Program-made: the position numbers and the translations under genes
Part shown: positions 7,501-22,362 of the stretch, piece by piece
How positions within the stretch are numbered: position 1 is the first letter of the stretch
Layout of the letters: the number at the start of each line of letters is the position of its first letter
Assembly: GCA_002269645.1 (NCBI GenBank)
Contig: NIVC01005132.1
Coordinates: forward strand, 1-25,274
Length of the DNA stretch: 25,274 nt
Direction: 5' to 3'
Origin: Macrostomum lignano
Taxonomy: Eukaryota
Notes under the pieces: generated by a model
What the model saw: only the letters and a program-made list of their open reading frames with translations
The model's database searches: none
What the model was told of the DNA's origin: nothing

Positions 7501-10500
7501 TACAGAAAGCTGCAAGCAAACTAGCATCTTCTGGAGCTGACATGCAGAGAAGAATGATTTTGTCGTCCTTGAAATCACTAAATAGATATGCGAAATCGAT
7601 CTTTTGCTAATCCCACCACAGGTTCCAGTGAAAAGAAGAAACGAAACCCATTGACTAAATTGGCAGTCGACTCAATCGATGCCGACTGCAACGGACCTGT
7701 CAGCTTCGAACTCAGGAGAGCAGCTAATAGTCTACGAGAGTAATGCTAGATGCCAGAATGCTTCACAGCATCAAAGTCTTAAGCAGAAGCTTCAATGAAA
7801 GGTTAGTTCATGCTGTGGCTGCATTCGTTTTCGTGTCTAGAAGCGTTATAACTTTTTGTACTTTTAACTCTCAGATCGGGTCTTAGCAGATTCTATAGCT
7901 ATGCATGCAAGGGCCCCTCAGAGGAGATGCTTAAACACTGCAGTGCATTTTTCCTAGCAATTATTGGGACACGAAGTGTTGGGCCACTGTGTGTGTGTCT
8001 AGTTTTTTCCGCATTTGTTAAGTCACCTAAAGAACTCAATTAATAAAGGGCTCCAGAACAAATTGATGGGCAAACGGATGACACACTGCACAGAGACTTG
8101 TTGGGACATATTAAAAACAGCTTATTTTAGAATGGGTACACTTTACTAAAGTAGAATGCTCCTACAGAAAGCTGCAAGCAAACTAGCATCTTCTGGAGCT
8201 GACATGCAGAGAAGAATGATTTTGTCGTCCTTGAAATCACTAAATAGATATGCGAAATCGATCTTTTGCTAATCCCACCACAGGTTCCAGTGAAAAGAAG
8301 AAACGAAACCCATTGACTAAATTGGCAGTCGACTCAATCGATGCCGACTGCAACGGACCTGTCAGCTTCGAACTCAGGAGAGCAGCTAATAGTCTACGAG
8401 AGTAATGCTAGATGCCAGAATGCTTCACAGCATCAAAGTCTTAAGCAGAAGCTTCAATGAAAGGTTAGTTCATGCTGTGGCTGCATTCGTTTTCGTGTCT
8501 AGAAGCGTTATAACTTTTTGTACTTTTAACTCTCAGATCGGGTCTTAGCAGATTCTATAGCTATGCATGCAAGGGCCCCTCAGAGGAGATGCTTAAACAC
8601 TGCAGTGCATTTTTCCTAGCAATTATTGGGACACGAAGTGTTGGGCCACTGTGTGTGTGTCTAGTTTTTTCCGCATTTGTTAAGTCACCTAAAGAACTCA
8701 ATTAATAAAGGGCTCCAGAACAAATTGATGGGCAAACGGATGACACACTGCACAGAGACTTGTTGGGACATATTAAAAACAGCTTATTTTAGAATGGGTA
8801 CACTTTACTAAAGTAGAATGCTCCTACAGAAAGCTGCAAGCAAACTAGCATCTTCTGGAGCTGACATGCAGAGAAGAATGATTTTGTCGTCCTTGAAATC
8901 ACTAAATAGATATGCGAAATCGATCTTTTGCTAATCCCACCACAGGTTCCAGTGAAAAGAAGAAACGAAACCCATTGACTAAATTGGCAGTCGACTCAAT
9001 CGATGCCGACTGCAACGGACCTGTCAGCTTCGAACTCAGGAGAGCAGCTAATAGTCTACGAGAGTAATGCTAGATGCCAGAATGCTTCACAGCATCAAAG
9101 TCTTAAGCAGAAGCTTCAATGAAAGGTTAGTTCATGCTGTGGCTGCATTCGTTTTCGTGTCTAGAAGCGTTATAACTTTTTGTACTTTTAACTCTCAGAT
9201 CGGGTCTTAGCAGATTCTATAGCTATGCATGCAAGGGCCCCTCAGAGGAGATGCTTAAACACTGCAGTGCATTTTTCCTAGCAATTATTGGGACACGAAG
9301 TGTTGGGCCACTGTGTGTGTGTCTAGTTTTTTCCGCATTTGTTAAGTCACCTAAAGAACTCAATTAATAAAGGGCTCCAGAACAAATTGATGGGCAAACG
9401 GATGACACACTGCACAGAGACTTGTTGGGACATATTAAAAACAGCTTATTTTAGAATGGGTACACTTTACTAAAGTAGAATGCTCCTACAGAAAGCTGCA
9501 AGCAAACTAGCATCTTCTGGAGCTGACATGCAGAGAAGAATGATTTTGTCGTCCTTGAAATCACTAAACAGATATGCGAAATCGATCTTTTGCTAATCCC
9601 ACCACAGGTTCCAGTGAAAAGAAGAAACGAAACCCATTGACTAAATTGGCAGTCGACTCAATCGATGCCGACTGCAACGGACCTGTCAGCTTCGAACTCA
9701 GGAGAGCAGCTAATAGTCTACGAGAGTAATGCTAGATGCCAGAATGCTTCACAGCATCAAAGTCTTAAGCAGAAGCTTCAATGAAAGGTTAGTTCATGCT
9801 GTGGCTGCATTCGTTTTCGTGTCTAGAAGCGTTATAACTTTTTGTACTTTTAACTCTCAGATCGGGTCTTAGCAGATTCTATAGCTATGCATGCAAGGGC
9901 CCCTCAGAGGAGATGCTTAAACACTGCAGTGCATTTTTCCTAGCAATTATTGGGACACGAAGTGTTGGGCCACTGTGTGTGTGTCTAGTTTTTTCCGCAT
10001 TTGTTAAGTCACCTAAAGAACTCAATTAATAAAGGGCTCCAGAACAAATTGATGGGCAAACGGATGACACACTGCACAGAGACTTGTTGGGACATATTAA
10101 AAACAGCTTATTTTAGAATGGGTACACTTTACTAAAGTAGAATGCTCCTACAGAAAGCTGCAAGCAAACTAGCATCTTCTGGAGCTGACATGCAGAGAAG
10201 AATGATTTTGTCGTCCTTGAAATCACTAAATAGATATGCGAAATCGATCTTTTGCTAATCCCACCACAGGTTCCAGTGAAAAGAAGAAACGAAACCCATT
10301 GACTAAATTGGCAGTCGACTCAATCGATGCCGACTGCAACGGACCTGTCAGCTTCGAACTCAGGAGAGCAGCTAATAGTCTACGAGAGTAATGCTAGATG
10401 CCAGAATGCTTCACAGCATCAAAGTCTTAAGCAGAAGCTTCAATGAAAGGTTAGTTCATGCTGTGGCTGCATTCGTTTTCGTGTCTAGAAGCGTTATAAC

Positions 10501-13500
10501 TTTTTGTACTTTTAACTCTCAGATCGGGTCTTAGCAGATTCTATAGCTATGCATGCAAGGGCCCCTCAGAGGAGATGCTTAAACACTGCAGTGCATTTTT
10601 CCTAGCAATTATTGGGACACGAAGTGTTGGGCCACTGTGTGTGTGTCTAGTTTTTTCCGCATTTGTTAAGTCACCTAAAGAACTCAATTAATAAAGGGCT
10701 CCAGAACAAATTGATGGGCAAACGGATGACACACTGCACAGAGACTTGTTGGGACATATTAAAAACAGCTTATTTTAGAATGGGTACACTTTACTAAAGT
10801 AGAATGCTCCTACAGAAAGCTGCAAGCAAACTAGCATCTTCTGGAGCTGACATGCAGAGAAGAATGATTTTGTCGTCCTTGAAATCACTAAACAGATATG
10901 CGAAATCGATCTTTTGCTAATCCCACCACAGGTTCCAGTGAAAAGAAGAAACGAAACCCATTGACTAAATTGGCAGTCGACTCAATCGATGCCGACTGCA
11001 ACGGACCTGTCAGCTTCGAACTCAGGAGAGCAGCTAATAGTCTACGAGAGTAATGCTAGATGCCAGAATGCTTCACAGCATCAAAGTCTTAAGCAGAAGC
11101 TTCAATGAAAGGTTAGTTCATGCTGTGGCTGCATTCGTTTTCGTGTCTAGAAGCGTTATAACTTTTTGTACTTTTAACTCTCAGATCGGGTCTTAGCAGA
11201 TTCTATAGCTATGCATGCAAGGGCCCCTCAGAGGAGATGCTTAAACACTGCAGTGCATTTTTCCTAGCAATTATTGGGACACGAAGTGTTGGGCCACTGT
11301 GTGTGTGTCTAGTTTTTTCCGCATTTGTTAAGTCACCTAAAGAACTCAATTAATAAAGGGCTCCAGAACAAATTGATGGGCAAACGGATGACACACTGCA
11401 CAGAGACTTGTTGGGACATATTAAAAACAGCTTATTTTAGAATGGGTACACTTTACTAAAGTAGAATGCTCCTACAGAAAGCTGCAAGCAAACTAGCATC
11501 TTCTGGAGCTGACATGCAGAGAAGAATGATTTTGTCGTCCTTGAAATCACTAAATAGATATGCGAAATCGATCTTTTGCTAATCCCACCACAGGTTCCAG
11601 TGAAAAGAAGAAACGAAACCCATTGACTAAATTGGCAGTCGACTCAATCGATGCCGACTGCAACGGACCTGTCAGCTTCGAACTCAGGAGAGCAGCTAAT
11701 AGTCTACGAGAGTAATGCTAGATGCCAGAATGCTTCACAGCATCAAAGTCTTAAGCAGAAGCTTCAATGAAAGGTTAGTTCATGCTGTGGCTGCATTCGT
11801 TTTCGTGTCTAGAAGCGTTATAACTTTTTGTACTTTTAACTCTCAGATCGGGTCTTAGCAGATTCTATAGCTATGCATGCAAGGGCCCCTCAGAGGAGAT
11901 GCTTAAACACTGCAGTGCATTTTTCCTAGCAATTATTGGGACACGAAGTGTTGGGCCACTGTGTGTGTGTCTAGTTTTTTCCGCATTTGTTAAGTCACCT
12001 AAAGAACTCAATTAATAAAGGGCTCCAGAACAAATTGATGGGCAAACGGATGACACACTGCACAGAGACTTGTTGGGACATATTAAAAACAGCTTATTTT
12101 AGAATGGGTACACTTTACTAAAGTAGAATGCTCCTACAGAAAGCTGCAAGCAAACTAGCATCTTCTGGAGCTGACATGCAGAGAAGAATGATTTTGTCGT
12201 CCTTGAAATCACTAAATAGATATGCGAAATCGATCTTTTGCTAATCCCACCACAGGTTCCAGTGAAAAGAAGAAACGAAACCCATTGACTAAATTGGCAG
12301 TCGACTCAATCGATGCCGACTGCAACGGACCTGTCAGCTTCGAACTCAGGAGAGCAGCTAATAGTCTACGAGAGTAATGCTAGATGCCAGAATGCTTCAC
12401 AGCATCAAAGTCTTAAGCAGAAGCTTCAATGAAAGGTTAGTTCATGCTGTGGCTGCATTCGTTTTCGTGTCTAGAAGCGTTATAACTTTTTGTACTTTTA
12501 ACTCTCAGATCGGGTCTTAGCAGATTCTATAGCTATGCATGCAAGGGCCCCTCAGAGGAGATGCTTAAACACTGCAGTGCATTTTTCCTAGCAATTATTG
12601 GGACACGAAGTGTTGGGCCACTGTGTGTGTGTCTAGTTTTTTCCGCATTTGTTAAGTCACCTAAAGAACTCAATTAATAAAGGGCTCCAGAACAAATTGA
12701 TGGGCAAACGGATGACACACTGCACAGAGACTTGTTGGGACATATTAAAAACAGCTTATTTTAGAATGGGTACACTTTACTAAAGTAGAATGCTCCTACA
12801 GAAAGCTGCAAGCAAACTAGCATCTTCTGGAGCTGACATGCAGAGAAGAATGATTTTGTCGTCCTTGAAATCACTAAATAGATATGCGAAATCGATCTTT
12901 TGCTAATCCCACCACAGGTTCCAGTGAAAAGAAGAAACGAAACCCATTGACTAAATTGGCAGTCGACTCAATCGATGCCGACTGCAACGGACCTGTCAGC
13001 TTCGAACTCAGGAGAGCAGCTAATAGTCTACGAGAGTAATGCTAGATGCCAGAATGCTTCACAGCATCAAAGTCTTAAGCAGAAGCTTCAATGAAAGGTT
13101 AGTTCATGCTGTGGCTGCATTCGTTTTCGTGTCTAGAAGCGTTATAACTTTTTGTACTTTTAACTCTCAGATCGGGTCTTAGCAGATTCTATAGCTATGC
13201 ATGCAAGGGCCCCTCAGAGGAGATGCTTAAACACTGCAGTGCATTTTTCCTAGCAATTATTGGGACACGAAGTGTTGGGCCACTGTGTGTGTGTCTAGTT
13301 TTTTCCGCATTTGTTAAGTCACCTAAAGAACTCAATTAATAAAGGGCTCCAGAACAAATTGATGGGCAAACGGATGACACACTGCACAGAGACTTGTTGG
13401 GACATATTAAAAACAGCTTATTTTAGAATGGGTACACTTTACTAAAGTAGAATGCTCCTACAGAAAGCTGCAAGCAAACTAGCATCTTCTGGAGCTGACA

Positions 13501-16500
13501 TGCAGAGAAGAATGATTTTGTCGTCCTTGAAATCACTAAACAGATATGCGAAATCGATCTTTTGCTAATCCCACCACAGGTTCCAGTGAAAAGAAGAAAC
13601 GAAACCCATTGACTAAATTGGCAGTCGACTCAATCGATGCCGACTGCAACGGACCTGTCAGCTTCGAACTCAGGAGAGCAGCTAATAGTCTACGAGAGTA
13701 ATGCTAGATGCCAGAATGCTTCACAGCATCAAAGTCTTAAGCAGAAGCTTCAATGAAAGGTTAGTTCATGCTGTGGCTGCATTCGTTTTCGTGTCTAGAA
13801 GCGTTATAACTTTTTGTACTTTTAACTCTCAGATCGGGTCTTAGCAGATTCTATAGCTATGCATGCAAGGGCCCCTCAGAGGAGATGCTTAAACACTGCA
13901 GTGCATTTTTCCTAGCAATTATTGGGACACGAAGTGTTGGGCCACTGTGTGTGTGTCTAGTTTTTTCCGCATTTGTTAAGTCACCTAAAGAACTCAATTA
14001 ATAAAGGGCTCCAGAACAAATTGATGGGCAAACGGATGACACACTGCACAGAGACTTGTTGGGACATATTAAAAACAGCTTATTTTAGAATGGGTACACT
14101 TTACTAAAGTAGAATGCTCCTACAGAAAGCTGCAAGCAAACTAGCATCTTCTGGAGCTGACATGCAGAGAAGAATGATTTTGTCGTCCTTGAAATCACTA
14201 AATAGATATGCGAAATCGATCTTTTGCTAATCCCACCACAGGTTCCAGTGAAAAGAAGAAACGAAACCCATTGACTAAATTGGCAGTCGACTCAATCGAT
14301 GCCGACTGCAACGGACCTGTCAGCTTCGAACTCAGGAGAGCAGCTAATAGTCTACGAGAGTAATGCTAGATGCCAGAATGCTTCACAGCATCAAAGTCTT
14401 AAGCAGAAGCTTCAATGAAAGGTTAGTTCATGCTGTGGCTGCATTCGTTTTCGTGTCTAGAAGCGTTATAACTTTTTGTACTTTTAACTCTCAGATCGGG
14501 TCTTAGCAGATTCTATAGCTATGCATGCAAGGGCCCCTCAGAGGAGATGCTTAAACACTGCAGTGCATTTTTCCTAGCAATTATTGGGACACGAAGTGTT
14601 GGGCCACTGTGTGTGTGTCTAGTTTTTTCCGCATTTGTTAAGTCACCTAAAGAACTCAATTAATAAAGGGCTCCAGAACAAATTGATGGGCAAACGGATG
14701 ACACACTGCACAGAGACTTGTTGGGACATATTAAAAACAGCTTATTTTAGAATGGGTACACTTTACTAAAGTAGAATGCTCCTACAGAAAGCTGCAAGCA
14801 AACTAGCATCTTCTGGAGCTGACATGCAGAGAAGAATGATTTTGTCGTCCTTGAAATCACTAAATAGATATGCGAAATCGATCTTTTGCTAATCCCACCA
14901 CAGGTTCCAGTGAAAAGAAGAAACGAAACCCATTGACTAAATTGGCAGTCGACTCAATCGATGCCGACTGCAACGGACCTGTCAGCTTCGAACTCAGGAG
15001 AGCAGCTAATAGTCTACGAGAGTAATGCTAGATGCCAGAATGCTTCACAGCATCAAAGTCTTAAGCAGAAGCTTCAATGAAAGGTTAGTTCATGCTGTGG
15101 CTGCATTCGTTTTCGTGTCTAGAAGCGTTATAACTTTTTGTACTTTTAACTCTCAGATCGGGTCTTAGCAGATTCTATAGCTATGCATGCAAGGGCCCCT
15201 CAGAGGAGATGCTTAAACACTGCAGTGCATTTTTCCTAGCAATTATTGGGACACGAAGTGTTGGGCCACTGTGTGTGTGTCTAGTTTTTTCCGCATTTGT
15301 TAAGTCACCTAAAGAACTCAATTAATAAAGGGCTCCAGAACAAATTGATGGGCAAACGGATGACACACTGCACAGAGACTTGTTGGGACATATTAAAAAC
15401 AGCTTATTTTAGAATGGGTACACTTTACTAAAGTAGAATGCTCCTACAGAAAGCTGCAAGCAAACTAGCATCTTCTGGAGCTGACATGCAGAGAAGAATG
15501 ATTTTGTCGTCCTTGAAATCACTAAACAGATATGCGAAATCGATCTTTTGCTAATCCCACCACAGGTTCCAGTGAAAAGAAGAAACGAAACCCATTGACT
15601 AAATTGGCAGTCGACTCAATCGATGCCGACTGCAACGGACCTGTCAGCTTCGAACTCAGGAGAGCAGCTAATAGTCTACGAGAGTAATGCTAGATGCCAG
15701 AATGCTTCACAGCATCAAAGTCTTAAGCAGAAGCTTCAATGAAAGGTTAGTTCATGCTGTGGCTGCATTCGTTTTCGTGTCTAGAAGCGTTATAACTTTT
15801 TGTACTTTTAACTCTCAGATCGGGTCTTAGCAGATTCTATAGCTATGCATGCAAGGGCCCCTCAGAGGAGATGCTTAAACACTGCAGTGCATTTTTCCTA
15901 GCAATTATTGGGACACGAAGTGTTGGGCCACTGTGTGTGTGTCTAGTTTTTTCCGCATTTGTTAAGTCACCTAAAGAACTCAATTAATAAAGGGCTCCAG
16001 AACAAATTGATGGGCAAACGGATGACACACTGCACAGAGACTTGTTGGGACATATTAAAAACAGCTTATTTTAGAATGGGTACACTTTACTAAAGTAGAA
16101 TGCTCCTACAGAAAGCTGCAAGCAAACTAGCATCTTCTGGAGCTGACATGCAGAGAAGAATGATTTTGTCGTCCTTGAAATCACTAAATAGATATGCGAA
16201 ATCGATCTTTTGCTAATCCCACCACAGGTTCCAGTGAAAAGAAGAAACGAAACCCATTGACTAAATTGGCAGTCGACTCAATCGATGCCGACTGCAACGG
16301 ACCTGTCAGCTTCGAACTCAGGAGAGCAGCTAATAGTCTACGAGAGTAATGCTAGATGCCAGAATGCTTCACAGCATCAAAGTCTTAAGCAGAAGCTTCA
16401 ATGAAAGGTTAGTTCATGCTGTGGCTGCATTCGTTTTCGTGTCTAGAAGCGTTATAACTTTTTGTACTTTTAACTCTCAGATCGGGTCTTAGCAGATTCT

Positions 16501-19500
16501 ATAGCTATGCATGCAAGGGCCCCTCAGAGGAGATGCTTAAACACTGCAGTGCATTTTTCCTAGCAATTATTGGGACACGAAGTGTTGGGCCACTGTGTGT
16601 GTGTCTAGTTTTTTCCGCATTTGTTAAGTCACCTAAAGAACTCAATTAATAAAGGGCTCCAGAACAAATTGATGGGCAAACGGATGACACACTGCACAGA
16701 GACTTGTTGGGACATATTAAAAACAGCTTATTTTAGAATGGGTACACTTTACTAAAGTAGAATGCTCCTACAGAAAGCTGCAAGCAAACTAGCATCTTCT
16801 GGAGCTGACATGCAGAGAAGAATGATTTTGTCGTCCTTGAAATCACTAAACAGATATGCGAAATCGATCTTTTGCTAATCCCACCACAGGTTCCAGTGAA
16901 AAGAAGAAACGAAACCCATTGACTAAATTGGCAGTCGACTCAATCGATGCCGACTGCAACGGACCTGTCAGCTTCGAACTCAGGAGAGCAGCTAATAGTC
17001 TACGAGAGTAATGCTAGATGCCAGAATGCTTCACAGCATCAAAGTCTTAAGCAGAAGCTTCAATGAAAGGTTAGTTCATGCTGTGGCTGCATTCGTTTTC
17101 GTGTCTAGAAGCGTTATAACTTTTTGTACTTTTAACTCTCAGATCGGGTCTTAGCAGATTCTATAGCTATGCATGCAAGGGCCCCTCAGAGGAGATGCTT
17201 AAACACTGCAGTGCATTTTTCCTAGCAATTATTGGGACACGAAGTGTTGGGCCACTGTGTGTGTGTCTAGTTTTTTCCGCATTTGTTAAGTCACCTAAAG
17301 AACTCAATTAATAAAGGGCTCCAGAACAAATTGATGGGCAAACGGATGACACACTGCACAGAGACTTGTTGGGACATATTAAAAACAGCTTATTTTAGAA
17401 TGGGTACACTTTACTAAAGTAGAATGCTCCTACAGAAAGCTGCAAGCAAACTAGCATCTTCTGGAGCTGACATGCAGAGAAGAATGATTTTGTCGTCCTT
17501 GAAATCACTAAATAGATATGCGAAATCGATCTTTTGCTAATCCCACCACAGGTTCCAGTGAAAAGAAGAAACGAAACCCATTGACTAAATTGGCAGTCGA
17601 CTCAATCGATGCCGACTGCAACGGACCTGTCAGCTTCGAACTCAGGAGAGCAGCTAATAGTCTACGAGAGTAATGCTAGATGCCAGAATGCTTCACAGCA
17701 TCAAAGTCTTAAGCAGAAGCTTCAATGAAAGGTTAGTTCATGCTGTGGCTGCATTCGTTTTCGTGTCTAGAAGCGTTATAACTTTTTGTACTTTTAACTC
17801 TCAGATCGGGTCTTAGCAGATTCTATAGCTATGCATGCAAGGGCCCCTCAGAGGAGATGCTTAAACACTGCAGTGCATTTTTCCTAGCAATTATTGGGAC
17901 ACGAAGTGTTGGGCCACTGTGTGTGTGTCTAGTTTTTTCCGCATTTGTTAAGTCACCTAAAGAACTCAATTAATAAAGGGCTCCAGAACAAATTGATGGG
18001 CAAACGGATGACACACTGCACAGAGACTTGTTGGGACATATTAAAAACAGCTTATTTTAGAATGGGTACACTTTACTAAAGTAGAATGCTCCTACAGAAA
18101 GCTGCAAGCAAACTAGCATCTTCTGGAGCTGACATGCAGAGAAGAATGATTTTGTCGTCCTTGAAATCACTAAAAGATATGCGAAATCGATCTTTTGCTA
18201 ATCCCACCACAGGTTCCAGTGAAAAGAAGAAACGAAACCCATTGACTAAATTGGCAGTCGACTCAATCGATGCCGACTGCAACGGACCTGTCAGCTTCGA
18301 ACTCAGGAGAGCAGCTAATAGTCTACGAGAGTAATGCTAGATGCCAGAATGCTTCACAGCATCAAAGTCTTAAGCAGAAGCTTCAATGAAAGGTTAGTTC
18401 ATGCTGTGGCTGCATTCGTTTTCGTGTCTAGAAGCGTTATAACTTTTTGTACTTTTAACTCTCAGATCGGGTCTTAGCAGATTCTATAGCTATGCATGCA
18501 AGGGCCCCTCAGAGGAGATGCTTAAACACTGCAGTGCATTTTTCCTAGCAATTATTGGGACACGAAGTGTTGGGCCACTGTGTGTGTGTGTCTAGTTTTT
18601 TCCGCATTTGTTAAGTCACCTAAAGAACTCAATTAATAAAGGGCTCCAGAACAAATTGATGGGCAAACGGATGACACACTGCACAGAGACTTGTTGGGAC
18701 ATATTAAAAACAGCTTATTTTAGAATGGGTACACTTTACTAAAGTAGAATGCTCCTACAGAAAGCTGCAAGCAAACTAGCATCTTCTGGAGCTGACATGC
18801 AGAGAAGAATGATTTTGTCGTCCTTGAAATCACTAAATAGATATGCGAAATCGATCTTTTGCTAATCCCACCACAGGTTCCAGTGAAAAGAAGAAACGAA
18901 ACCCATTGACTAAATTGGCAGTCGACTCAATCGATGCCGACTGCAACGGACCTGTCAGCTTCGAACTCAGGAGAGCAGCTAATAGTCTACGAGAGTAATG
19001 CTAGATGCCAGAATGCTTCACAGCATCAAAGTCTTAAGCAGAAGCTTCAATGAAAGGTTAGTTCATGCTGTGGCTGCATTCGTTTTCGTGTCTAGAAGCG
19101 TTATAACTTTTTGTACTTTTAACTCTCAGATCGGGTCTTAGCAGATTCTATAGCTATGCATGCAAGGGCCCCTCAGAGGAGATGCTTAAACACTGCAGTG
19201 CATTTTTCCTAGCAATTATTGGGACACGAAGTGTTGGGCCACTGTGTGTGTGTCTAGTTTTTTCCGCATTTGTTAAGTCACCTAAAGAACTCAATTAATA
19301 AAGGGCTCCAGAACAAATTGATGGGCAAACGGATGACACACTGCACAGAGACTTGTTGGGACATATTAAAAACAGCTTATTTTAGAATGGGTACACTTTA
19401 CTAAAGTAGAATGCTCCTACAGAAAGCTGCAAGCAAACTAGCATCTTCTGGAGCTGACATGCAGAGAAGAATGATTTTGTCGTCCTTGAAATCACTAAAC

Positions 19501-19666
19501 AGATATGCGAAATCGATCTTTTGCTAATCCCACCACAGGTTCCAGTGAAAAGAAGAAACGAAACCCATTGACTAAATTGGCAGTCGACTCAATCGATGCC
19601 GACTGCAACGACCTGTCAGCTTCGAACTCAGGAGAGCAGCTAATAGTCTACGAGAGTAATGCTAGA

Positions 19667-19704
19667 TCGAACCAGGAGAGCAGCTCTACGAGAGTAATGC
19701 TAGA
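19667..19704 (+). repeat. 38-bp imperfect local tandem duplication inside monomer 24
   Basis: tcgaaccaggagagcagctctacgagagtaatgctaga is the preceding 45-mer minus 1 bp and minus 6 bp. The downstream register shift matches (19500 to 20199 = 662 - 1 + 38). Confidence 0.92.
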
Positions 19705-22362
19705 TGCCAGAATGCTTCACAGCATCAAAGTCTTAAGCAGAAGCTTCAATGAAAGGTTAGTTCATGCTGTGGCTGCATTCGTTTTCGTGTCTAGAAGCGT
19801 TATAACTTTTTGTACTTTTAACTCTCAGATCGGGTCTTAGCAGATTCTATAGCTATGCATGCAAGGGCCCCTCAGAGGAGATGCTTAAACACTGCAGTGC
19901 ATTTTTCCTAGCAATTATTGGGACACGAAGTGTTGGGCCACTGTGTGTGTGTCTAGTTTTTTCCGCATTTGTTAAGTCACCTAAAGAACTCAATTAATAA
20001 AGGGCTCCAGAACAAATTGATGGGCAAACGGATGACACACTGCACAGAGACTTGTTGGGACATATTAAAAACAGCTTATTTTAGAATGGGTACACTTTAC
20101 TAAAGTAGAATGCTCCTACAGAAAGCTGCAAGCAAACTAGCATCTTCTGGAGCTGACATGCAGAGAAGAATGATTTTGTCGTCCTTGAAATCACTAAATA
20201 GATATGCGAAATCGATCTTTTGCTAATCCCACCACAGGTTCCAGTGAAAAGAAGAAACGAAACCCATTGACTAAATTGGCAGTCGACTCAATCGATGCCG
20301 ACTGCAACGACCTGTCAGCTTCGAACTCAGGAGAGCAGCTAATAGTCTACGAGAGTAATGCTAGATGCCAGAATGCTTCACAGCATCAAAGTCTTAAGCA
20401 GAAGCTTCAATGAAAGGTTAGTTCATGCTGTGGCTGCATTCGTTTTCGTGTCTAGAAGCGTTATAACTTTTTGTACTTTTAACTCTCAGATCGGGTCTTA
20501 GCAGATTCTATAGCTATGCATGCAAGGGCCCCTCAGAGGAGATGCTTAAACACTGCAGTGCATTTTTCCTAGCAATTATTGGGACACGAAGTGTTGGGCC
20601 ACTGTGTGTGTGTCTAGTTTTTTCCGCATTTGTTAAGTCACCTAAAGAACTCAATTAATAAAGGGCTCCAGAACAAATTGATGGGCAAACGGATGACACA
20701 CTGCACAGAGACTTGTTGGGACATATTAAAAACAGCTTATTTTAGAATGGGTACACTTTACTAAAGTAGAATGCTCCTACAGAAAGCTGCAAGCAAACTA
20801 GCATCTTCTGGAGCTGACATGCAGAGAAGAATGATTTTGTCGTCCTTGAAATCACTAAATAGATATGCGAAATCGATCTTTTGCTAATCCCACCACAGGT
20901 TCCAGTGAAAAGAAGAAACGAAACCCATTGACTAAATTGGCAGTCGACTCAATCGATGCCGACTGCAACGACCTGTCAGCTTCGAACTCAGGAGAGCAGC
21001 TAATAGTCTACGAGAGTAATGCTAGATGCCAGAATGCTTCACAGCATCAAAGTCTTAAGCAGAAGCTTCAATGAAAGGTTAGTTCATGCTGTGGCTGCAT
21101 TCGTTTTCGTGTCTAGAAGCGTTATAACTTTTTGTACTTTTAACTCTCAGATCGGGTCTTAGCAGATTCTATAGCTATGCATGCAAGGGCCCCTCAGAGG
21201 AGATGCTTAAACACTGCAGTGCATTTTTCCTAGCAATTATTGGGACACGAAGTGTTGGGCCACTGTGTGTGTGTCTAGTTTTTTCCGCATTTGTTAAGTC
21301 ACCTAAAGAACTCAATTAATAAAGGGCTCCAGAACAAATTGATGGGCAAACGGATGACACACTGCACAGAGACTTGTTGGGACATATTAAAAACAGCTTA
21401 TTTTAGAATGGGTACACTTTACTAAAGTAGAATGCTCCTACAGAAAGCTGCAAGCAAACTAGCATCTTCTGGAGCTGACATGCAGAGAAGAATGATTTTG
21501 TCGTCCTTGAAATCACTAAACAGATATGCGAAATCGATCTTTTGCTAATCCCACCACAGGTTCCAGTGAAAAGAAGAAACGAAACCCATTGACTAAATTG
21601 GCAGTCGACTCAATCGATGCCGACTGCAACGGACCTGTCAGCTTCGAACTCAGGAGAGCAGCTAATAGTCTACGAGAGTAATGCTAGATGCCAGAATGCT
21701 TCACAGCATCAAAGTCTTAAGCAGAAGCTTCAATGAAAGGTTAGTTCATGCTGTGGCTGCATTCGTTTTCGTGTCTAGAAGCGTTATAACTTTTTGTACT
21801 TTTAACTCTCAGATCGGGTCTTAGCAGATTCTATAGCTATGCATGCAAGGGCCCCTCAGAGGAGATGCTTAAACACTGCAGTGCATTTTTCCTAGCAATT
21901 ATTGGGACACGAAGTGTTGGGCCACTGTGTGTGTGTCTAGTTTTTTCCGCATTTGTTAAGTCACCTAAAGAACTCAATTAATAAAGGGCTCCAGAACAAA
22001 TTGATGGGCAAACGGATGACACACTGCACAGAGACTTGTTGGGACATATTAAAAACAGCTTATTTTAGAATGGGTACACTTTACTAAAGTAGAATGCTCC
22101 TACAGAAAGCTGCAAGCAAACTAGCATCTTCTGGAGCTGACATGCAGAGAAGAATGATTTTGTCGTCCTTGAAATCACTAAACAGATATGCGAAATCGAT
22201 CTTTTGCTAATCCCACCACAGGTTCCAGTGAAAAGAAGAAACGAAACCCATTGACTAAATTGGCAGTCGACTCAATCGATGCCGACTGCAACGGACCTGT
22301 CAGCTTCGAACTCAGGAGAGCAGCTAATAGTCTACGAGAGTAATGCTGGATGCCAGAATGCT

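Larger units (their letters stand above)
3874..22362. repeat. Tandem satellite array, 662-bp monomer, 27 complete units plus a partial 28th, near-identical
   Basis: Landmarks recur every 662 bp (e.g. the G of ttttGtac at 4548, 5210, 5872; the variable T/C site at 4273, 4935, 5597 ... 22183). Read by eye, the differences are the T/C site, a few 1-2 bp indels, one 38-bp insertion and isolated edge substitutions. Confidence 0.99.
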
